Origin: Nitrospirota bacterium
GTDB lineage: Bacteria > Nitrospirota > UBA9217
Assembly: GCA_963840455.1 (NCBI GenBank)
Contig: CAWIYV010000011.1
Coordinates: forward strand, 672,001 to 736,000
Direction of reading: 5' to 3'
DNA length: 64,000 bases
Both the position numbers and the translations under genes were made by a program. The notes beneath the pieces were generated by a model, which was given only the letters and a program-made list of their open reading frames with translations, was not told the origin of the DNA and ran no database searches. Shown piece by piece: positions 40,203-50,483 of the stretch. Positions within the stretch are counted from its first letter, which is position 1. Each line of letters starts with the position of its first letter.

Positions 40203-40559
40203 ATGGGAAAATTGAACTGTTGGGAACACAAGAAGTGCGGGCGTCAGCCCGGTGGGCACAAGGCCAATGAGCTCGGCATCTGCCCCGTGACCGTCCACCA
40301 GGACCTGCACGGTGCCCACGACGGAAAGAACGCGGGCAGGGCCTGCTGGGTCGTGGCCGGCTCGCTCTGCGGCGGTAAGATCCAGGGGACCTATGCGCAG
40401 AAGCTCACCAACTGCTGGCGCTGTGATTTCATGACCGCGGTGAAGAAGGAAGAAGAGCCCGCCGACTTCGGCTTCACGGCAACGCGGCTGGGATTGGAGC
40501 GGGTATTGGAAAAGAAAAAAGGCGGAAAGACCGCTGATCCGGTGAACTCGGACCACTAG
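40203..40559 (+). CDS. Two-CW domain Cys-rich protein, paralog 2
   Basis: Same seven-Cys pattern, highly similar to paralog 1; SD AAGGGG. Confidence 0.85.
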   Translation: MGKLNCWEHKKCGRQPGGHKANELGICPVTVHQDLHGAHDGKNAGRACWVVAGSLCGGKIQGTYAQKLTNCWRCDFMTAVKKEEEPADFGFTATRLGLERVLEKKKGGKTADPVNSDH

Positions 40560-40590
40560 GAGTATTGCCCGAACCGCACCCCTTCACGTT

Positions 40591-40636
40591 TCCCCTTCGC
40601 CAGACGGCCGAGAGGCTGTCACGAAGGGGATTTTTT
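40591..40636 (+). terminator. Intrinsic terminator
   Basis: TCCCCTTCG...CGAAGGGGA-TTTTTT. Confidence 0.65.
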
Positions 40637-40798
40637 ATCCCCGCGACGCCCGCTGCCGCAAAACGTACAGCGACAATAGGACGCGGATCAGATCGGATAA
40701 GGAGGTGATTGATCTGCTTTGGAACTTATCCGCTTTTATCATGCTATCAAGCCGCTTCTTCTGTGTCTAGTGTTCTTTCTGGAATGAATGCAGCGACC

Positions 40799-41329
40799 TC
40801 AGCTCCCGGTCTGCGCCGTCCTGACAAGCCTGCCGATATCGAATCCTCTGCTCTGCAGTCGTTCCACGATGCCTGCATAGGCGGCTTCGTCCATGCGGGC
40901 CGTCCTGCTCAGCACCCACAAATAGGAGCGGTCGGGATTGCTCACCACCGCGTACTCGTACTGCGCTCCCAGCTCGATGATCCAGTAATCCCCGGAAAAG
41001 GGCCAGAAGAACGTGACCTTGAGCTTCGCGTTCGTCGATGCATCGGCTACCTTTGCCCTGCCTTTGATCGAGTCGGTCTTCCCGGCCCTGGTGCAGCGGT
41101 TCAGGACCTCGATCCCGCCGTCGGGCATGAGTGTGTAGGTGGCCGACGTGCCGGAACAGCCCTTCTGAAAACGGTTGGTATAGCTCGCGATCTCGTACCA
41201 GGTCCCGACATAGCGGGCGAGATCCACGGACGGAACAACGTCGGGCGGGGGAAGGGACGGCCCGCGCTTGATGGTGCATGCCGCGAGCATTGCGATCGAC
41301 AGGACCGCGAGAATGATAGCGATGCGCAT
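40799..41329 (-). CDS. blc: Outer-membrane lipocalin lipoprotein Blc
   Basis: Lipobox LAAC, VDL.RY.GTWYEIA, FFWPF.GDYWI, YLWVLSR. Confidence 0.93.
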   Translation of the reverse strand: MRIAIILAVLSIAMLAACTIKRGPSLPPPDVVPSVDLARYVGTWYEIASYTNRFQKGCSGTSATYTLMPDGGIEVLNRCTRAGKTDSIKGRAKVADASTNAKLKVTFFWPFSGDYWIIELGAQYEYAVVSNPDRSYLWVLSRTARMDEAAYAGIVERLQSRGFDIGRLVRTAQTGS

Positions 41330-41357
41330 AGTTTCCTCCGCTCCCGGTGCTCCGCGG

Positions 41358-42503
41358 TCAATCCGCCGCGCGCCGCAGATACGCGGGCAGGTCCAGGTTC
41401 ACTTTCGATCCGAAGAGGTCGCCGGTGGCGTTGGACGCCGCCTCCCGCCCCCGCTTGAACGCGGCGGGCCGGTCCACGACCTGCCGCTGCTCCTTCTGCA
41501 TCAGTTCCTTGAGGTTCGCGGGATGCTTCACCAGGAGCCTGACGCCCTCTTCGTCGAATCCCGTGGCGATGACCGTCACCTTGAGCTCTTCGCTCATGTC
41601 CACGTTGTCCACCATGCCGAAGATGATGTTCGCGTCCGGATCGGCCTCGGCCTTGATGACCCCCATCACCTCGTCGATCTCGGTGATGCCCATGTCGCTG
41701 CCGCCGCTGATGTTGATCAACGCCGCCCGTGCGCCCTTGATGGATCCGTCCTCGATCAGCGGGCTCGAGATCGCCTTGTGCGCGGCCTCAACAGCTCTCC
41801 CCGGGCCCTTGGCGATGCCCATGCCCATGACGGCCCTCCCGCGGTTGGCCATCACGGTCTTCACGTCCGCGAAGTCCACGTTCACGCGGCCCGGCACCAG
41901 CACCACGTCGGAGATGCCCTTCACCGCCTGCATCAGCACGTCGTCGGAGAGCTTGAAGGCCTCCCCGATGCGGGTGTTCTTCTCGGACAGGTTGATGAGC
42001 CGGTCGTTAGGGATCACGATGAGCGCGTCCACGTTTTTCTTGAGCTCGGCGATGCCTTCCTCGGCGTAGCGCATCCGCCTGACGCCCTCGAAGCTGAAGG
42101 GCCGGGTGACCACGCCGACCGCGAGCGAGCCGCCCTCGCGCGCCAGCTTTGCGATGATGGGCGCAGCGCCCGTGCCCGTCCCGCCTCCCATGCCCGCCGT
42201 GATGAAGACCATCTCGGTCCCTTCCAGAATGGCCTTGATCTTATCGGTGTCCTCAAGGGCCGCGTTCCTGCCGACCTCGGGATTGGCCCCTGCGCCCCGT
42301 CCCCGTGTGAGCTTCGAGCCGATCTGGAGCTTGTTGGGCGAACCGGTCCGGTCGAGGGCCTGCCGGTCCGTGTTGGCGATCACGAACTCCACTCCCTGGA
42401 TCCCCGCCAGCACCATGGTGCTCACCGCATTGCCCCCGCAGCCGCCCACCCCGATCACCTTGATCCGGGCCGGCAGTTTCTGCTCGTCATCGAACTGGAT
42501 CAT
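41358..42503 (-). CDS. ftsZ: Cell division protein FtsZ (alternative in-frame starts at 42590 and 42629)
   Basis: [37 protein letters not shown]-terminal peptide; SD AGGAGGGAGG. Confidence 0.97.
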   Translation of the reverse strand: MIQFDDEQKLPARIKVIGVGGCGGNAVSTMVLAGIQGVEFVIANTDRQALDRTGSPNKLQIGSKLTRGRGAGANPEVGRNAALEDTDKIKAILEGTEMVFITAGMGGGTGTGAAPIIAKLAREGGSLAVGVVTRPFSFEGVRRMRYAEEGIAELKKNVDALIVIPNDRLINLSEKNTRIGEAFKLSDDVLMQAVKGISDVVLVPGRVNVDFADVKTVMANRGRAVMGMGIAKGPGRAVEAAHKAISSPLIEDGSIKGARAALINISGGSDMGITEIDEVMGVIKAEADPDANIIFGMVDNVDMSEELKVTVIATGFDEEGVRLLVKHPANLKELMQKEQRQVVDRPAAFKRGREAASNATGDLFGSKVNLDLPAYLRRAAD

Positions 42504-42643
42504 CGTCGCCTCCCTCCTATCATCGCCGCTCTGCTCGCCGGCGACGAACTCCATGATGTCCTGGAATTGCATTTCCATTTTATCGTCCATGGCATGCTCT
42601 CCTGAATTCTTCATGGGTTTCCTTGTCATTGCGCGTCCCTCCG

Positions 42644-43864
42644 TCACAGTAAGTCGCTTATCGCCTTCAGGATCCTGCTCATGATCCCGCCGCCGCTGAA
42701 CTTCCCCGGCGATGCCTGGTGGTTCTCGGCACCGTAGAGCACGAGCCCCACGCCCGTGGCGTAGATCGGGCTGTTCACCACATCCATCAACCCTCCGATG
42801 TTCTTCGGCGCGCCGCGCCGGACCGGCATGCCGAGGTATTTCTCCGCAGCATCCTGGATCCCCTCCATCAGTGCGGTCCCGCCGGTGAGCACGACCCCCG
42901 AAGCGATCAGGTCCTCGGACCCGGTGCTCCGGAGCCGCTGCTGCACCAGTTCGAAAAGCTCAGCGATCCGGGGCTCGATAATCTCGCACAGGATCTGGCG
43001 TGACAGGAGACGGGGAGGCCTGCCGCCCGTCGTCGGGACCTCAAGGGTGTCCTCGTGCCTGACCATGGAAGCCATGGCGCAGCCGTGCTTGATCTTGATT
43101 TTCTCGGCCTCTGCCGACGGCGTGCGAAGGCCCACGGTGATGTCGTTCGACACGTGGTTCCCTCCGACGGGGATGACGCCGGTGTAGCAGAGGCTCCCGT
43201 CGCGGAAGAGCGCCATGTCCGTGGTCCCGCCGCCGATGTCCACAACACATACGCCGATCTCCTGCTCCTCCTGGGTCAGCACCGCCCGGCTCGACGCCAG
43301 GGGCTGCAGCACCACGTCGTTCACCTGCAGGCCGGCGCGGGAACAGCTCTTGACGATGTTCTGGATGGCGGTCTCGGCGCCGGTGATGATGTGGACCTTC
43401 ACGTCGAGCCGCGTCCCCGACATGCCCAGGGGTTCCTTGATCCCTTCGAGGTCGTCGATGACGAACTCCTGGGGCAGGATGTGGAGGATCCGCTGCGTGC
43501 CCGGGATGTTGATGGAGCTCGCCGTGTCGATGGCGCGCGCCACATCGGCCGCTCCCACCTCCCGGTTCTTGATCGCCGCGACGCCCTTGGACTCCATGCC
43601 CTTGATGTGATCGCCCGAGATCCCGACATAGACAGCGTTGATCTGGACGCCGGACATGAGCTCGGCCTCCTTCACCGCCTTCTTGATGGACTCCACGGTC
43701 CGGTCGATGTTCACCACCACACCCTTCGAGAGGCCGTTGGACGGGCTGATGCCGATGCCGATGATGTCCACCTGGCCGTCCTCCTTGACCTCGCCGACGA
43801 TGGCGCAGACTTTGGTCGTCCCCAGATCGAGGCCCACGATGATATTGTTCAGTTTCTTCGCCAC
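42644..43864 (-). CDS. ftsA: Cell division protein FtsA
   Basis: [29 protein letters not shown]; GTG start after GGGGGG. Confidence 0.96.
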   Translation of the reverse strand: MAKKLNNIIVGLDLGTTKVCAIVGEVKEDGQVDIIGIGISPSNGLSKGVVVNIDRTVESIKKAVKEAELMSGVQINAVYVGISGDHIKGMESKGVAAIKNREVGAADVARAIDTASSINIPGTQRILHILPQEFVIDDLEGIKEPLGMSGTRLDVKVHIITGAETAIQNIVKSCSRAGLQVNDVVLQPLASSRAVLTQEEQEIGVCVVDIGGGTTDMALFRDGSLCYTGVIPVGGNHVSNDITVGLRTPSAEAEKIKIKHGCAMASMVRHEDTLEVPTTGGRPPRLLSRQILCEIIEPRIAELFELVQQRLRSTGSEDLIASGVVLTGGTALMEGIQDAAEKYLGMPVRRGAPKNIGGLMDVVNSPIYATGVGLVLYGAENHQASPGKFSGGGIMSRILKAISDLL

Positions 43865-43888
43865 GCTACACCCCCCTTTGAACAGCGA

Positions 43889-43915
43889 GTTCAAAGTGTA
43901 AAGTTCAAAGTTCAA
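43889..43915. repeat. 7-mer tandem (GTTCAAA) tract, ftsQ-ftsA spacer
   Basis: gttcaaagtgtaaagttcaaagttcaa. Confidence 0.65.
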
Positions 43916-43926
43916 CGGGACGGCGC

Positions 43927-44817
43927 TTATCCCTTGCGCTTTCCCCTACCCGCTGGCCCTTGACCTTTGCTTCTGTCCTTCATCACCATCACCGCTGCCT
44001 GACGCTCGGGCCGCAGTTCAATGTAGGAGTACTCGAGGCCGCGCTGGCGCATGTCCGCAGCGATCTCGCCCAGCCGCTTCAGCTTCTCTCCGTAGCTCCC
44101 GCTGCCCATGCGGAATTCATGGTCCGCATAGACGATGGCGATGGTCTCGGGAGTGTCCGCCTTCACGGTCACTGCGCCCGGGTCCCATCCGCCGCGCGCA
44201 GCGAGCTCTTGCGCCAGCTCCAGGGCCTCAGCCACGGCGCGTGCGGTCACCGTCTCACGGGGCACGGCACGGCAGTCCCGGACCGCGATGACCGGAAGGC
44301 CTGCGGTTGCCGCTTCATCCTTCGGGACCGGCACCAAGACCACGCCCTCGGCATCAATGAGGTACCGTCCGTTCGCCGCCTGCAGCACCGCCCGGGGCGC
44401 CCGTTCCGTGAAGATCATGCTGATCCGGTTCGGCAGACTTCGCTCGATCCTGACCTCGCGGACCCAGGGGTTTGCCAGCGCCCTCCGGGTCGCGGCATCC
44501 AGGTGGACGCGGAAGACGTTCTGGCCGGTGAACATCCCGGCCAGCTCCCGGATGTCCGCGTCGCTCACCGAGCGTACGCCCCGCACGTCGACGCCGGCGA
44601 TCTGGAACATCTCGGCAGTGGTCAGCCAGCGGTACGCTTCCCACCCGCCGTAGCAGAGCCCTGCGGTCAGCAGGACCGCGAAGATCGCGCCCAGTGCGCC
44701 TTTCTCCGCGCTGCTGTGCCTGGCCGGACCGCGACCTACGTTCAGCCGCTTCGTCGTGGTGCGCCGGTTCGCCGTACGGTAGCTCCGGGGTACCTTGACA
44801 TTCTTGTAGTCGCGCAT
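43927..44817 (-). CDS. ftsQ: Cell division protein FtsQ/DivIB
   Basis: Basic N-terminus, TM, POTRA (NPWV..V.IER.LPN), position between ddl and ftsA. Confidence 0.88.
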   Translation of the reverse strand: MRDYKNVKVPRSYRTANRRTTTKRLNVGRGPARHSSAEKGALGAIFAVLLTAGLCYGGWEAYRWLTTAEMFQIAGVDVRGVRSVSDADIRELAGMFTGQNVFRVHLDAATRRALANPWVREVRIERSLPNRISMIFTERAPRAVLQAANGRYLIDAEGVVLVPVPKDEAATAGLPVIAVRDCRAVPRETVTARAVAEALELAQELAARGGWDPGAVTVKADTPETIAIVYADHEFRMGSGSYGEKLKRLGEIAADMRQRGLEYSYIELRPERQAAVMVMKDRSKGQGPAGRGKRKG

Positions 44818-44825
44818 GTTTTACT

Positions 44826-44853
44826 GGTCTCTCGTCACTCGTCTTTCGTCACG
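44826..44853. repeat. 7-mer tandem (TCGTCAC) tract, ddl-ftsQ spacer
   Basis: gtctctcgtcactcgtctttcgtcacg. Confidence 0.6.
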
Positions 44854-45775
44854 ATTTCTTGATCGACAACCGCAGGATCTCCTCCACCAGGGATGGGAAC
44901 GGGATCCCCGCGCCCTGGGCGATCTCGGGCAGCAGGCTCGTGGCCGTCATGCCGGGCAGCGTGTTCACTTCCAATATATAGGGCACGCCGTCATGGCCGA
45001 TGATGAAGTCCACCCGGCTGTAGCCGCGGCATCCCAGCGACCGGTGCGCCAGGAGCCCCGCGTCGAGCGTCCGCCGGTATACCTCTTCCGGGATGCGCGC
45101 GGGGAGGAAGTGTTCCGATCCGCCCTTCTCGTACTTTGCCTTATAGCTGTAGAAGACGTCCTTCGGCACGATCTCGATGGCACCGAGGGACCGCTCCCCC
45201 AGGATCCCGACCTGGACCTCCATGCCCTTGATGTATTTCTCGACGATGATCTCGGGATCGTATTGGAACGCCAGCTTCACCGCGGGCTCGAACTGTTCGA
45301 TGCCGTTGACGATGCTCACGCCCACGCTGGATCCCTCGGAGCTCGGCTTCACCACCAGCGGGTAACCGACCTCCTTCTCCGCTGTTGTGAGGGCCTCCCG
45401 GTCTCCGCGCGATACGACCATGAACGGCCCCACAGAAAGTCCATAGGCCCGGAACAGGGTCTTGGAGACGATCTTGTTCATGCCCATGGCAGAAGCAAGG
45501 ATCCCGGAACCCGTGCAGGAGATCCCCATGATCTCGAGCAGTCCCTGGATGGCGCCATCCTCGCCGAACTTGCCATGGAGCGCATTGAACGCGGCCTCGA
45601 TGCCCGCCTTCCGGATCTGCTCTCCCGCGTCGCGTCCCACGTCGATGGCGACGGCATCATAGCCCCGGTCGACAAGCGCCTTCAGCACCGCGGTGCCCGA
45701 GGCGAGGGACACCTCCCGTTCGGACGACAGCCCGCCCATCAGCACGCCGATCTTTTTCTTCGTCACAAGAGCCAT
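44849..45775 (-). CDS. ddl: D-alanine--D-alanine ligase
   Basis: GGLSSEREVSL, LHGKFGEDG, EGSSVG, LEVNTLPG. Confidence 0.96.
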   Translation of the reverse strand: MALVTKKKIGVLMGGLSSEREVSLASGTAVLKALVDRGYDAVAIDVGRDAGEQIRKAGIEAAFNALHGKFGEDGAIQGLLEIMGISCTGSGILASAMGMNKIVSKTLFRAYGLSVGPFMVVSRGDREALTTAEKEVGYPLVVKPSSEGSSVGVSIVNGIEQFEPAVKLAFQYDPEIIVEKYIKGMEVQVGILGERSLGAIEIVPKDVFYSYKAKYEKGGSEHFLPARIPEEVYRRTLDAGLLAHRSLGCRGYSRVDFIIGHDGVPYILEVNTLPGMTATSLLPEIAQGAGIPFPSLVEEILRLSIKKS

Positions 45776-45787
45776 GCTTAACCCCTC

Positions 45788-45880
45788 TTACCGCAGAGAC
45801 CGCGGAGATCGCGGAGAGAAACTTCCAAATCGCCCTGGTTTATTGTTTTCCTCTGCGTACTCTGCATACTCTGCGGTGAA
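45788..45880. repeat. 9-mer x3 periodic palindrome, murB-ddl spacer
   Basis: ACCGCAGAG ACCGCGGAG ATCGCGGAG ... CTCTGCGTA CTCTGCATA CTCTGCGGT. Confidence 0.85.
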
Positions 45881-45887
45881 CATGATG

Positions 45888-46796
45888 TTAATCCTCGCCG
45901 ATGATCTTGATCTCCGGCTCCAGCCGTATCCGGTGCATCTCGAGCACCTTTTCCCGGATGGCATCCATGAGCGCCAGCACATCGGCCGCTTTTGCGTTCC
46001 CCGTGTTCACGATGAAGTTCGCATGCTTGTCCGAGACCTTCGCGCCGCCGGCGGTACGACCCTTGAGGCCCGCCTCCTCGATGAGCTTGCCGGCCGCCTC
46101 GTCCATGGGGTTCTTGAACACCGAGCCGGCGTTCGGCAGGCCCCAGGGCTGATGGGCCTTCCGCTGTTCCATGAGCTTCTTGACCTGCGCCTTGATCTTC
46201 TCGGCGTCGCCGTGCCGCAGGATGACCTTGGCATCGAGCACGATATGGCCGGGAGGCACGTTTGCCGTCCGATATCCGAAGCCCATCTCATCGCGGTGCC
46301 GGAGGACCAGTTCGCCCGACGGGGCAAGCAGTGTCACCGTGTCGACGACATCGCTGATCTCACCCTGCGCCGTGCCTGCGTTCATGCATATCGCTCCGCC
46401 CACCGTGCCGGGGATCCCGGTCACGAACTCGAGACCCGTGAGCCCGCGCTCCACCGAGATGCTCAGGAGCTGCCCCAGGGCCGCGCCGGCCTCGGCATGG
46501 ACGAGCACGAACGACCCTCCCAGGGAACGGTACTCGCGGGCGACCTTGATCGCGGACATCTGCTTCAGGCTGATGACCACGCCGCGGAAGCCCCCGTCCC
46601 GGACCAGCAGGTTCGTCCCGCCGCCGAGGACCACAGAGGGAATGCCCTGCTCCCGGATTTCGGCGAGCAGCGTGATCAGGTCTTCCCGGTCTGCCGGCAC
46701 GACCAGCGCGTCAGCAGGACCGCCGATGCGGAAGGAGGTATGGCTGCTCAGGGATTCGTTCAGCCTTACCTCTCCCCGTACGTTTGCGAACTTCAT
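45888..46796 (-). CDS. murB: UDP-N-acetylmuramate dehydrogenase
   Basis: [39 protein letters not shown]. Confidence 0.95.
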   Translation of the reverse strand: MKFANVRGEVRLNESLSSHTSFRIGGPADALVVPADREDLITLLAEIREQGIPSVVLGGGTNLLVRDGGFRGVVISLKQMSAIKVAREYRSLGGSFVLVHAEAGAALGQLLSISVERGLTGLEFVTGIPGTVGGAICMNAGTAQGEISDVVDTVTLLAPSGELVLRHRDEMGFGYRTANVPPGHIVLDAKVILRHGDAEKIKAQVKKLMEQRKAHQPWGLPNAGSVFKNPMDEAAGKLIEEAGLKGRTAGGAKVSDKHANFIVNTGNAKAADVLALMDAIREKVLEMHRIRLEPEIKIIGED

Positions 46797-48163
46797 TTCT
46801 TGAGCTCCTCGAGCACCGCCTCGCCCAGCTTCCATACATCGCCCGCCCCCAGGGTCAGGAGCAGGTCCCCCTTCCGGAGCGTACCCGCAAGGTGCTCCAC
46901 TGCCTGTTCCCTGCCTCCGATATACGCTGCGTCCTTGTGTCCGTAGTTCCTGATCCCCTCGTACACTGCCTGTCCTGAAACGCCCGGGATGGGCTGTTCC
47001 CCCGCGGCGTAGATGTCCAGGATGATGACCTTGTCCGCCTGGTTGAATGCCGTAAAAAAATCCTCGAGCTGGTGCTTGGTGCGCGTATACCGGTGGGGCT
47101 GGAACACGCAGACCACCCGCCGGCCGAGTGCCGCCTTGGCCGCGGCCAGTGTCGCGCGGACCTCGGTTGGGTGATGGCCGTAGTCGTCCACAACGAGGAC
47201 GCCCTTCGCCTCGCCCTTGATCTGGAAACGCCGCTGCACGCCGCTGAACTCCTTGAGCGACCGGCGGATCACTTCGAGGTCGATTTCCAGCTCACGCGCG
47301 ACGGCAATGGCGGCAAGACCGTTGCTCACGTTGTGCATGCCCGGCACCGCGAGCTCGAACCACCCGAGGTCGCCCGTATGGTTCGTGACGCGGAACTTCG
47401 ATCCCAGCGGCAGGAGCGTCACGTCCTTCGCCTGGTAGTCCGCCTGGGTGCTTGTCCCGTAGGTAAGGTAGCGCTTCTCGACCTTCGGCAGGAGCGACTG
47501 GATGTGCTTCTGGTCCAGGCAGAGGATCGCCACCCCGTAGAACGGCACCTTGTTGATGAACGCGAGGAACGCGGCCTTGATCTCGTTGATGTCCTTATAG
47601 TAGTCCAGGTGCTCCTCGTCGATGTTCGTCACCACGGCGATGGTTGGCGACAGCTTCAGGAAACTGCCGTCGCTCTCGTCGGCCTCTGCCACGAGGAACT
47701 CACCCTGGCCCAGCTTGGCGTTGGAGCCCAGGCTGTTGAGCTTTCCGCCGATGACCACCGTGGGGTCGATGCCGCCGGCCGCCAGCACCGTGGCCACCAT
47801 GGAGGTGGTCGTGGTCTTGCCGTGCGCGCCCGCAATGGCCACACCGTACTTGAGCCGCATGAGCTCCGCCAGCATCTCTGCCCGCGGGATCACCGGTACG
47901 AGCTTTTCGCGCGCGGCAACGACCTCGACGTTGTCCTTCTTCACCGCCGACGAGATCACGACCACATGGGGCGACGTGATGTTCTCGGCCCGGTGGCCGA
48001 TCCGGATATCACCGCCCAGCTGCCGGAGCCTTTGGACCGTGTCCGATTCCCGGAGGTCGGAGCCCGAGACCTTGTAGCCGAGGTTCAGCAGAACCTCGGC
48101 GATGCCGCTCATGCCGATCCCACCGATGCCGACGAAGTGGATATGTTTAATCTTTTTGAACAT
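46793..48163 (-). CDS. murC: UDP-N-acetylmuramate--L-alanine ligase
   Basis: [38 protein letters not shown]. Confidence 0.97.
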   Translation of the reverse strand: MFKKIKHIHFVGIGGIGMSGIAEVLLNLGYKVSGSDLRESDTVQRLRQLGGDIRIGHRAENITSPHVVVISSAVKKDNVEVVAAREKLVPVIPRAEMLAELMRLKYGVAIAGAHGKTTTTSMVATVLAAGGIDPTVVIGGKLNSLGSNAKLGQGEFLVAEADESDGSFLKLSPTIAVVTNIDEEHLDYYKDINEIKAAFLAFINKVPFYGVAILCLDQKHIQSLLPKVEKRYLTYGTSTQADYQAKDVTLLPLGSKFRVTNHTGDLGWFELAVPGMHNVSNGLAAIAVARELEIDLEVIRRSLKEFSGVQRRFQIKGEAKGVLVVDDYGHHPTEVRATLAAAKAALGRRVVCVFQPHRYTRTKHQLEDFFTAFNQADKVIILDIYAAGEQPIPGVSGQAVYEGIRNYGHKDAAYIGGREQAVEHLAGTLRKGDLLLTLGAGDVWKLGEAVLEELKK

Positions 48164-49223
48164 GGTGTTTGCAGGCCCTCACGATCTCTTCCGCAGCGGT
48201 CGATGGCAGGGGGGACGTTGTCCTGCCTTCTCCGCGTGCGTACCGTTGTATCACTGCCGCCAGTTTCGATGGCGTCAGGTCCTTCTGGACGATCACCTCG
48301 CCGCCGCCCCGTTCCGCGAGCGACCGCGCGTTGTGTTCCTGGTGGTTGTCCGCAGCGAACGGATAGGGAATCAGCACTGCCCGCTTGCCGCAGACCGCGA
48401 GCTCGGCGACGGTCGTGGCGCCGGCACGCGAGACCACGAGGTCCGCCGCGGCATAGGCGCCTGCCATGTCGTGGATGTAGGGCAGCACTGCGGCCTTCAC
48501 CCCCGCCCGTTGATAGCCGTCCTTCACGTCCTCGACGTCCTTCTCGCCGGTCTGGTGCAGCACCTGGAGGCCCGGGACGCCCTTCAGCTCCTGTGCCGCC
48601 TCCTTCATCGCCATGTTGATGGCATGGGCTCCGCCGCTGCCGCCCATGACGAAGACCGTGAACCATGCCGACTCAAGCCCGAACGCGGCCAGCGCCCGGC
48701 TTCGGTCGCCGCCGGTGATGCCCTTCCGCACCAGCGGCCCGGTCAGGACCTTCTTCTTCGCGGAAAAGAATCCCTGCAGGTCCCTTCCCGGAAAACAGAC
48801 GAACACGGTATTCGCGAACCTGCCGAGCACCCGGTTCGCCAGCCCGGCATAGGAATTGGGCTCCACGATCACCAGCGGGACCCTGAGGAGCCACGCTGCA
48901 AGTGCCACGGGACCCGAGGCGTATCCGCCCACGCCGACCACCGCGTCCGGCCGCTCCCGCCGGAGAAGACCTACGGACCGGGACAGGCTCCGCGGCATCG
49001 TAACGATCGTCTTGACGATGGACCGCGTACTCATGCCCTTCAATCGTCCGACGGTGATGAACTGCACGGGGAGCGATTCCTTCGGCAGCACCCGCGCCTC
49101 GATCCCCTGTTCGGTGCCGACGAAGAGCACCTCGTTCCCTTCCTCGGCCAGGACCTCGCGCGCGATGGCGATCCCCGGGTAGAGGTGCCCGCCGGTGCCG
49201 CCGGCCGCGATCACAACCTTCAT
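48147..49223 (-). CDS. murG: Undecaprenyldiphospho-muramoylpentapeptide GlcNAc transferase
   Basis: [31 protein letters not shown]. Confidence 0.96.
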   Translation of the reverse strand: MKVVIAAGGTGGHLYPGIAIAREVLAEEGNEVLFVGTEQGIEARVLPKESLPVQFITVGRLKGMSTRSIVKTIVTMPRSLSRSVGLLRRERPDAVVGVGGYASGPVALAAWLLRVPLVIVEPNSYAGLANRVLGRFANTVFVCFPGRDLQGFFSAKKKVLTGPLVRKGITGGDRSRALAAFGLESAWFTVFVMGGSGGAHAINMAMKEAAQELKGVPGLQVLHQTGEKDVEDVKDGYQRAGVKAAVLPYIHDMAGAYAAADLVVSRAGATTVAELAVCGKRAVLIPYPFAADNHQEHNARSLAERGGGEVIVQKDLTPSKLAAVIQRYARGEGRTTSPLPSTAAEEIVRACKHHVQKD

Positions 49224-49235
49224 CAGAGATTTGTC

Positions 49236-49330
49236 CACCGCAGAGAACGCGGAGAACGCAGAGTGGAATTCTTGTCTAAAGCAAAGGATTGATCTTTCAT
49301 GCTCAGCGACCTCTGCGACCCCTGCGGTAA
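49236..49330. repeat. 9-mer x3 periodic palindrome, ftsW-murG spacer
   Basis: CACCGCAGAG AACGCGGAG AACGCAGAG ... CTCAGCGAC CTCTGCGAC CCCTGCGGT. Confidence 0.85.
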
Positions 49331-49346
49331 AAGATCCTCCGTCGTT

Positions 49347-50447
49347 CTAACCCGTTTCCTTCGATATGTTCAGCAGCACGCCCACCGCGGCCAGCGTGAC
49401 CACGAGCGCGGACCCGCCGTAGCTTATCAGCGGCAGGGCGATGCCCTTGGTCGGCATGATGCCCGTGACCACCGCCATGTTGATCAGGGCCTGCACGCAG
49501 ATGAGCGACGTGATCCCTAGCGCCAGCATCCTGCTGAACCCCTCGGCGTGGAGGGCGATGCGAAGCCCGCGCCACAGGATGACGCAGAACAGCAGCAGCA
49601 CCACGCCCGCGCCGATCAGCCCCAGCTCCTCGCCGATCACGGCATAGATGAAGTCCGAATGCCGCTCGGGCAGGAAGAGCAGCTTTTGCCGCCCCTCGCC
49701 GAGCCCCCTGCCGAACACGCCGCCGCTGCCGAAGGCGAGGTACGACTGGATGATCTGGTGGCCCGCTCCCAGCGGGTCGTCCCAGGGGTTCAGGAACGAC
49801 GTGATCCTCCGCAGCCGGTAGGCCTTCTGCGCGATCGCCAGGAACGCAAGGAACGCGGCCGCGAGGGAAACGAGCCCGAGATGCGTGATGCGGGCCCCGC
49901 CGGCGTGCAGCATGAGCATGATCACGACACCCATGGCCATGACCGTTCCGAAATCGGGCTGCAGCAGGACCAGGCCGAGAAGGGTCCCGGTCACCGCGAA
50001 TGCGGGCAGCAGGCCCCGTTGAAAATCCCGGATGAGCTCCTTCCTGCCGCTGAGGTATGAGCTCAGGTAGACGACAAGCGTGAACTTCACCAGCTCCGCA
50101 GGCTGGAAGGTGAGCGGCCCCGCCTTGAGCCACCGCCGCGCGCCGTTGACCGTCCTGCCGATGCCGGGGAAGAAGGTCGCCGCAAGCAGCGCGAAGGACA
50201 CGAGCAGGAGCACGGCGACCACCCGTTTGTTCGCCAGCATCTCATGGTCAACCCGCATGGTCACCATCATCATGATAAGCCCGATCGCCGCCCAGATGAT
50301 CTGGCGGCGCATGAAGTACGTGGGGTCGTTGTACGTGGTGAGGGCGACAACGCTGCTCGAGCTGTAGACCATGACCACGCCGCCGGCGAGAAGCACCATC
50401 ACCGCCGTAAGCAGGATCCTGTCGTATTGTCCCCGTGATTCGACCAT
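49347..50447 (-). CDS. ftsW: Peptidoglycan polymerase FtsW
   Basis: NGARRWL, FQPAELVK, QPDFG, LPERHSDF, LPLISYGGS. Confidence 0.95.
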   Translation of the reverse strand: MVESRGQYDRILLTAVMVLLAGGVVMVYSSSSVVALTTYNDPTYFMRRQIIWAAIGLIMMMVTMRVDHEMLANKRVVAVLLLVSFALLAATFFPGIGRTVNGARRWLKAGPLTFQPAELVKFTLVVYLSSYLSGRKELIRDFQRGLLPAFAVTGTLLGLVLLQPDFGTVMAMGVVIMLMLHAGGARITHLGLVSLAAAFLAFLAIAQKAYRLRRITSFLNPWDDPLGAGHQIIQSYLAFGSGGVFGRGLGEGRQKLLFLPERHSDFIYAVIGEELGLIGAGVVLLLFCVILWRGLRIALHAEGFSRMLALGITSLICVQALINMAVVTGIMPTKGIALPLISYGGSALVVTLAAVGVLLNISKETG

Positions 50448-50483
50448 GCTTGAGTACTCGCGCTCCGAACTCCCCACTCGACG

